Shown: one piece after another, positions 59,929 to 64,000 of the stretch
Layout of the letters: each line of letters starts with the position of its first letter
How positions within the stretch are numbered: position 1 is the stretch's first letter
Assembly: GCA_947493865.1 (NCBI GenBank)
Contig: CANLTC010000017.1
Coordinates: forward strand, 5,241-69,240
Origin: an uncultured Halomonas sp.
GTDB lineage: Bacteria > Pseudomonadota > Gammaproteobacteria > Pseudomonadales > Halomonadaceae
Reading direction: 5' to 3'
DNA: 64,000 nucleotides
Translations under genes and position numbers: made by a program
Notes under the pieces: generated by a model
The model's database searches: none
The model's input: the letters and a program-made list of their open reading frames with translations, nothing else
What the model was told of the DNA's origin: nothing

Positions 59929-61476
59929 ATGGAATTTCCTGTCATCACCGCCGAACCCGCCAAAGTCGAGACCGCTTGCCTGGTCGTTCCAATCTTCAAG
60001 GACGGCGACCTGTTGCCCACGGCAGCCAAGCTCGATGACGCCAGCGAACGACTGATCGGACAGCTGATCGAGCGCGGCGATTTCGACGCCACCCTTGCCA
60101 ACGTCCAGATAATTCCATTTGCGCCGGGCCTTGCTGCGGAACGCCTGTTGCTTGTGGGCCTGGGTGAACGCGCCAAATGCAACGAGGGCAGCTTCCGCAA
60201 GGTTCTCGATGCCGCGCTAAAGACACTGGTTCGCATGCCCATCGACGAAGCCGTGGTTGCCCTGAGCGACGTGCCAGTTCCCGAGCGGGAAGGCGTTTGG
60301 AAGGCGCGCATGATTGCCGAAGCCACCCGGCGTGCCCAGTATCGGTTCGACATCTTCAAGTCCGAACCGGCGCCAGCGTCTCGGCTCGAACGAGTCGGTC
60401 TATTGATCGATGAGAGCGGCGATGTCGCGGCCAGCGAACAAGGCCTGCATATTGGCAACGCGTTAGGCGAAGGCATCAATCTCACCCGTACCCTCGGCAA
60501 CCTGCCGGGCAATGTCTGCACGCCGCGCTATCTGGCGGAACAGGCGGAGCAGTTGGGCAAGGAATCCGCCGGAGCATTGCGCGTGGAGATCCTCGATGAG
60601 GAAGCCCTCGAAGCGCTCGGCGCCCGCACCCTGCTCTCGGTTGGCCGTGGCAGCGCAGAGCCCTCGCGCCTGATCGTGCTGCACTATCAAGGAGCTAATA
60701 CCCAAGGGGCAGATACCCAAGGCGCCGAGAACGAGCAGGAGGCTCCTCACGTGCTGGTGGGCAAGGGCATCACCTTCGACACCGGCGGCATCTCGCTCAA
60801 GCCCGGCGCGGACATGGACGAGATGAAATATGACATGTGCGGCGCCGCCAGCGTGCTGGGCACCTTCAAGGCGCTGACGATGATCAAGCCCAGGCTCAAT
60901 GTCATCGGTATCGTCGCTGCGGCGGAAAACATGCCGGACGCACGCGCCACCAAACCCGGCGACATCATCAAGACCCTCAAGGGTCTGACCGTCGAAATAC
61001 TCAATACCGACGCGGAAGGTCGCCTGGTCCTGTGTGATGCCCTGACCTACGCGGAGCGCTTCGAGCCCGCCAGCGTCATCGACATTGCCACCTTGACCGG
61101 CGCCATGGTCATGGCTCTTGGCAATCATGCCACCGGGCTTTTCGCCAACGACGACGATCTGGCACTGGATATTCTCGATGCCGGGGAAACTGCCTGGGAC
61201 CGGGCCTGGCACATGCCGCTATGGGACGAGTATCAGAGTCAGCTCGACTCCAACTTCGCCGACCTGGCCAACATCGGCGGTCGCCCGGCAGGCGCCGTCA
61301 CCGCGGCGTGCTATCTCTCCCGCTTCGCCGACAAGTACCCCTGGGCGCACCTGGACATCGCCGGTACCGCCTGGATTTCAGGCAAGGAAAAAGGCGCAAC
61401 GGGCCGTCCGGTCGGGCTTCTGACCCAGTACCTCATGGATCGCGAGCAGGACGCCAAGATCGAAACCGAGAAGTGA
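59929..61476 (+). CDS. pepA: Leucyl aminopeptidase PepA
   Basis: It starts MEFPVITAEPAKV at ATG 59929 and carries M17 motifs (VGKGITFDTGGISLKP, NTDAEGRL). It is divergent from lptFG as in other gammaproteobacteria. Confidence 0.95.
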   Translation: MEFPVITAEPAKVETACLVVPIFKDGDLLPTAAKLDDASERLIGQLIERGDFDATLANVQIIPFAPGLAAERLLLVGLGERAKCNEGSFRKVLDAALKTLVRMPIDEAVVALSDVPVPEREGVWKARMIAEATRRAQYRFDIFKSEPAPASRLERVGLLIDESGDVAASEQGLHIGNALGEGINLTRTLGNLPGNVCTPRYLAEQAEQLGKESAGALRVEILDEEALEALGARTLLSVGRGSAEPSRLIVLHYQGANTQGADTQGAENEQEAPHVLVGKGITFDTGGISLKPGADMDEMKYDMCGAASVLGTFKALTMIKPRLNVIGIVAAAENMPDARATKPGDIIKTLKGLTVEILNTDAEGRLVLCDALTYAERFEPASVIDIATLTGAMVMALGNHATGLFANDDDLALDILDAGETAWDRAWHMPLWDEYQSQLDSNFADLANIGGRPAGAVTAACYLSRFADKYPWAHLDIAGTAWISGKEKGATGRPVGLLTQYLMDREQDAKIETEK

Positions 61477-61483
61477 TGTTCCA

Positions 61484-61511
61484 AGGCCTCCGCCCCAAGG
61501 GGCGGAGGCCT
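61484..61511 (+). other. 13-bp-stem GC hairpin between pepA and holC
   Basis: The sequence is aggcctccgcccc aa ggggcggaggcct. There is no U-tract. It may be an intercistronic stabiliser or attenuator. Confidence 0.4.
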
Positions 61512-61546
61512 GGTTCGACTGGCTGCCAGTTTGCGGATAGTGCCCC

Positions 61547-61972
61547 ATGACACAGATCGACTTTTACATCCTCCCCGACACCACCCGCGAGGCGCGGCTC
61601 GATTTCGCCTGCCGGCTGGTCGAGACCATCTACCGCAAGGGCTATCGTCTGCATGTTCATGTGACGGATGAACAGGAGGCACAGCTGATCGACGAGAAAC
61701 TCTGGACCTTTCGCCCGGAAAGCTATGTGCCTCATGCCATCGTCGGGAGCGATCTCGACAAGCCGCCGGTGACCATCGACTGGCGCGAGGCGCCTGAACC
61801 CGGCATCGAGGCCATGCTCAACCTGAATCCCGGTATCCCTGAGTGGTTCTCGCGCTTCGAACGGGTCGCGGAGATCATCAACCAGCATCAGGAGGTGCTG
61901 CGCAGCAAGCGTGAATGCTGGCAGACCTACAAGCATCGCGGCTATCCGGTCAAGGCGCATCACCTGAATTAG
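61547..61972 (+). CDS. holC: DNA polymerase III subunit chi
   Basis: 141 aa starting MTQIDFYILPD. It follows pepA, which is the conserved arrangement. Confidence 0.88.
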   Translation: MTQIDFYILPDTTREARLDFACRLVETIYRKGYRLHVHVTDEQEAQLIDEKLWTFRPESYVPHAIVGSDLDKPPVTIDWREAPEPGIEAMLNLNPGIPEWFSRFERVAEIINQHQEVLRSKRECWQTYKHRGYPVKAHHLN

Positions 61973-64000
61973 GGCGCTGGCTCGTCGCGCTGGCGTTGCG
62001 CAACGCCGACCACACCTTTTCCATGCGCGGCGGTGGCTGCCACTGTTCGTGAAAGCCCGCCGGCATGGGTGCCGGGCCGAGCCAGTAGCCATATACCTGC
62101 CGCTTGCCCTGTAATCGCTGGCAGCGATGCAAAAGCTCAACCGCCTGTTCGGCACCCAGGGTGGCATCACAGATCAGCAGCTGAGGCGGCTGTTCGTTGA
62201 TCAGCCGCATCGCTCGGGTGCGATGGCGCGTGCTCAAAAGCGTCAAGTCGTCTAACTGTTCCGCCAGTACCTCCATACGAACCAGGGTCTCCTCGTCCTT
62301 GCTAATCAACAACAATGTCAAAGGCCCTTCGAGCCGCGCCCCCGGGGGCAGCGCCTGACTTACCGCTGTCTGGCATGCCTGAACATTCACTTGAGGCAAC
62401 CAGATCTGAAAACGGCTACCTTGCCCTGGTGCGCTCAACACCTCGATACGCCCCCCCATACGGCGTACCAGCTCCTGGCATATTGCCAACCCCAGGCCGG
62501 TGCCCTTGATCTCGCTATGCTCCATTCCCAGCCGTGAAAAAGGCTGGAACAATACCTCTTGGTCATCGTCGGCAATGCCTTGGCCGCTATCCGCCACTTC
62601 AAGACAGACGCCGTCTGCTTCCACCCAGGTCGACAATCTGATCCAGCCGCCGGAGCGATTGTACTTGATGGCATTGTCGATCAAGTTCTGCACCACCTGA
62701 TCCAGGCGCTGGCGATCCGCCAGTATCCAGCCGCCCTGGCTTGCCGTCGCAAGTTCGAGCTGAACCCCGTTGCGCGTAGCGCGAGCCAACGACTGGCTCA
62801 TGTTGCGCCGCAAGCACCGCTGTGCCGATTGCACCTCGCTCTCGAGCCTCATCTCGCCGGACTCGAGGCTTGCCAGTTGCAGTACATCCTCGAGTAGCGC
62901 ATCGAGCCGTTCCGCGGCGTGCACCACCTCACCCAGGTAGCGCTGGGTCTGTGCATCGAGCCGGGACGCCTCGCTGTCCTGCAGCAGATCGGTGAAGCCG
63001 ATGATGATGCCCAAGGGGGTGCGCAACTCATGACTGACCCGGGAAAACAGCCGCGACTGGGCACGCTGCGCCAAGCGTGCTTCATCCCGCGTACGCTCCA
63101 GCTCAGCGGTGGTGTGCTTGCGCTGATGGATATTCAACACGACGCCGGTAGCGTAAAGCGCTTCACCGTTCTCGTTGCGCTGAAACACGCTCCCTCGGGT
63201 CAATACCCACAGCCAGCGGCCATCCGGCAAGTGCAGGCGCATTTCGATTTCGCCCACCGTCATTTTTCTGGCCATGACACGTCGCCGCTGAGATTCAAAG
63301 CGCGGCAGGTCCTGGGGGTGAATGCGAGCTTGAAAGGCTGCCAAAGGAAGGGTTTCAACCGGCGCCAGACCAAGCAGATGAAACATGCTGTCATGCATCA
63401 TCAGGCGATCATTGACGATATCGTACTCCCATGCGCTTCCCTCGCTGGCCTCCAGCGCCAGACGCAGGCGCTCCTTTTCCGCCGCCTGAGTGTCAAGCGC
63501 CTCTTCATGGGCACGATTGGCCTTGATCAGCGCATCGCCTATTTCGCTGAATTCCCGCAGTTGAAACCGGGGTTTATCCACACGGCTCTGGTTCCCGAAC
63601 GCTGCTGCCATGGTCTGCAACTGTTGCAGGGAATCGACCAGCATACGATTCAAGCTGTGGGTACGACGACGAATGATCATCAGGGTCGACAGGTAAAACA
63701 GCAGCAGCCCAACCAGCATCCAGATACCCAGCTCGCGGAAGGAGCGACTCAAGGAATCACCGGTCACGAAGGCAGAGTTTTCGTCGATGATTGCCAGCAG
63801 CGTCCAGTCCACTCCCTCGAGTTCACGCCAGGCCAATAGTCGCGATTCTCCCGTCATCGTCGTGCGCTGACTGCCCGAGGCTTCCACCAGGATGTCACCG
63901 ATGATCGACGCATCGCTCATGCGCATCAGGTTGATGGACGCCGTATTGGCGCTTGCAATCGATTCGACGCCTGTTTCAGCCTTGACATTTTCGAGCAGCC
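61950..64000 (-). CDS. Sensor histidine kinase with a C-terminal receiver-like domain (N-terminus lies outside the window)
   Basis: It has a TM helix after a periplasmic-domain tail, a PAS domain, the H-box FSRVSHELRTPL, the N-box NLIDNAIKYN and the G-box GTGLGLAI. The ORF probably continues beyond 64000. Confidence 0.85.
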   Translation of the reverse strand, partial: LLENVKAETGVESIASANTASINLMRMSDASIIGDILVEASGSQRTTMTGESRLLAWRELEGVDWTLLAIIDENSAFVTGDSLSRSFRELGIWMLVGLLLFYLSTLMIIRRRTHSLNRMLVDSLQQLQTMAAAFGNQSRVDKPRFQLREFSEIGDALIKANRAHEEALDTQAAEKERLRLALEASEGSAWEYDIVNDRLMMHDSMFHLLGLAPVETLPLAAFQARIHPQDLPRFESQRRRVMARKMTVGEIEMRLHLPDGRWLWVLTRGSVFQRNENGEALYATGVVLNIHQRKHTTAELERTRDEARLAQRAQSRLFSRVSHELRTPLGIIIGFTDLLQDSEASRLDAQTQRYLGEVVHAAERLDALLEDVLQLASLESGEMRLESEVQSAQRCLRRNMSQSLARATRNGVQLELATASQGGWILADRQRLDQVVQNLIDNAIKYNRSGGWIRLSTWVEADGVCLEVADSGQGIADDDQEVLFQPFSRLGMEHSEIKGTGLGLAICQELVRRMGGRIEVLSAPGQGSRFQIWLPQVNVQACQTAVSQALPPGARLEGPLTLLLISKDEETLVRMEVLAEQLDDLTLLSTRHRTRAMRLINEQPPQLLICDATLGAEQAVELLHRCQRLQGKRQVYGYWLGPAPMPAGFHEQWQPPPRMEKVWSALRNASATSQRPNSGDAP

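Overview
This is a visibly GC-rich, gene-dense stretch of core chromosome from a gammaproteobacterium. I count about 61 CDS and 3 tRNA genes. Protein sequences and gene order look Halomonadaceae- or Pseudomonas-like, but that is an inference and no search was possible. From left to right the window holds: the ccoG(partial)-ccoH-ccoI-ccoS cbb3-oxidase maturation cluster; ttcA; a contiguous acetate-switch block (DEDDh exonuclease + DUF294 protein, divergent from DUF4212 + sodium:solute symporter, an orphan membrane protein, the CrbS-like hybrid kinase, a CrbR-like LuxR regulator and acs); sprT, a UPF0149 gene, a PLD/ClsB-like gene, rsmJ, uppP, tsaB, adk; aceE-aceF; ampD, nadC, trmO, purC, bamC, dapA, bcp, a bepA-like gene, nadA; three tandem tRNA-Lys(UUU) genes; an IclR / TRAP transporter / GMC oxidoreductase locus; tapT-like, cobB-like, aceK, a serine-type HAAAP permease, truC, tcdA, purE-purK, bfr-bfd, lptG-lptF divergent from pepA-holC; and a partial hybrid histidine kinase. 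I see no prophage, integrase, transposase, CRISPR array, restriction or recognisable defence genes, so I cannot point to a novel protein-coding system. The most unusual signal is non-coding. It is a superfamily of structured, MITE-like intergenic repeats: six units at five loci (family A at 5315-5584 and 30276-30394; family B at 10628-10772, 55806-55988 and 59682-59826). These have TA-flanked inverted termini, conserved sequence boxes and compensatory base changes that preserve internal stems. Two copies sit exactly on the stop codon of the upstream gene. Other observations are minor: charged AceF linkers with 15-bp repeats, an in-frame 15-bp duplication in pepA, a sirtuin lacking the Zn-Cys module, and candidate operators.
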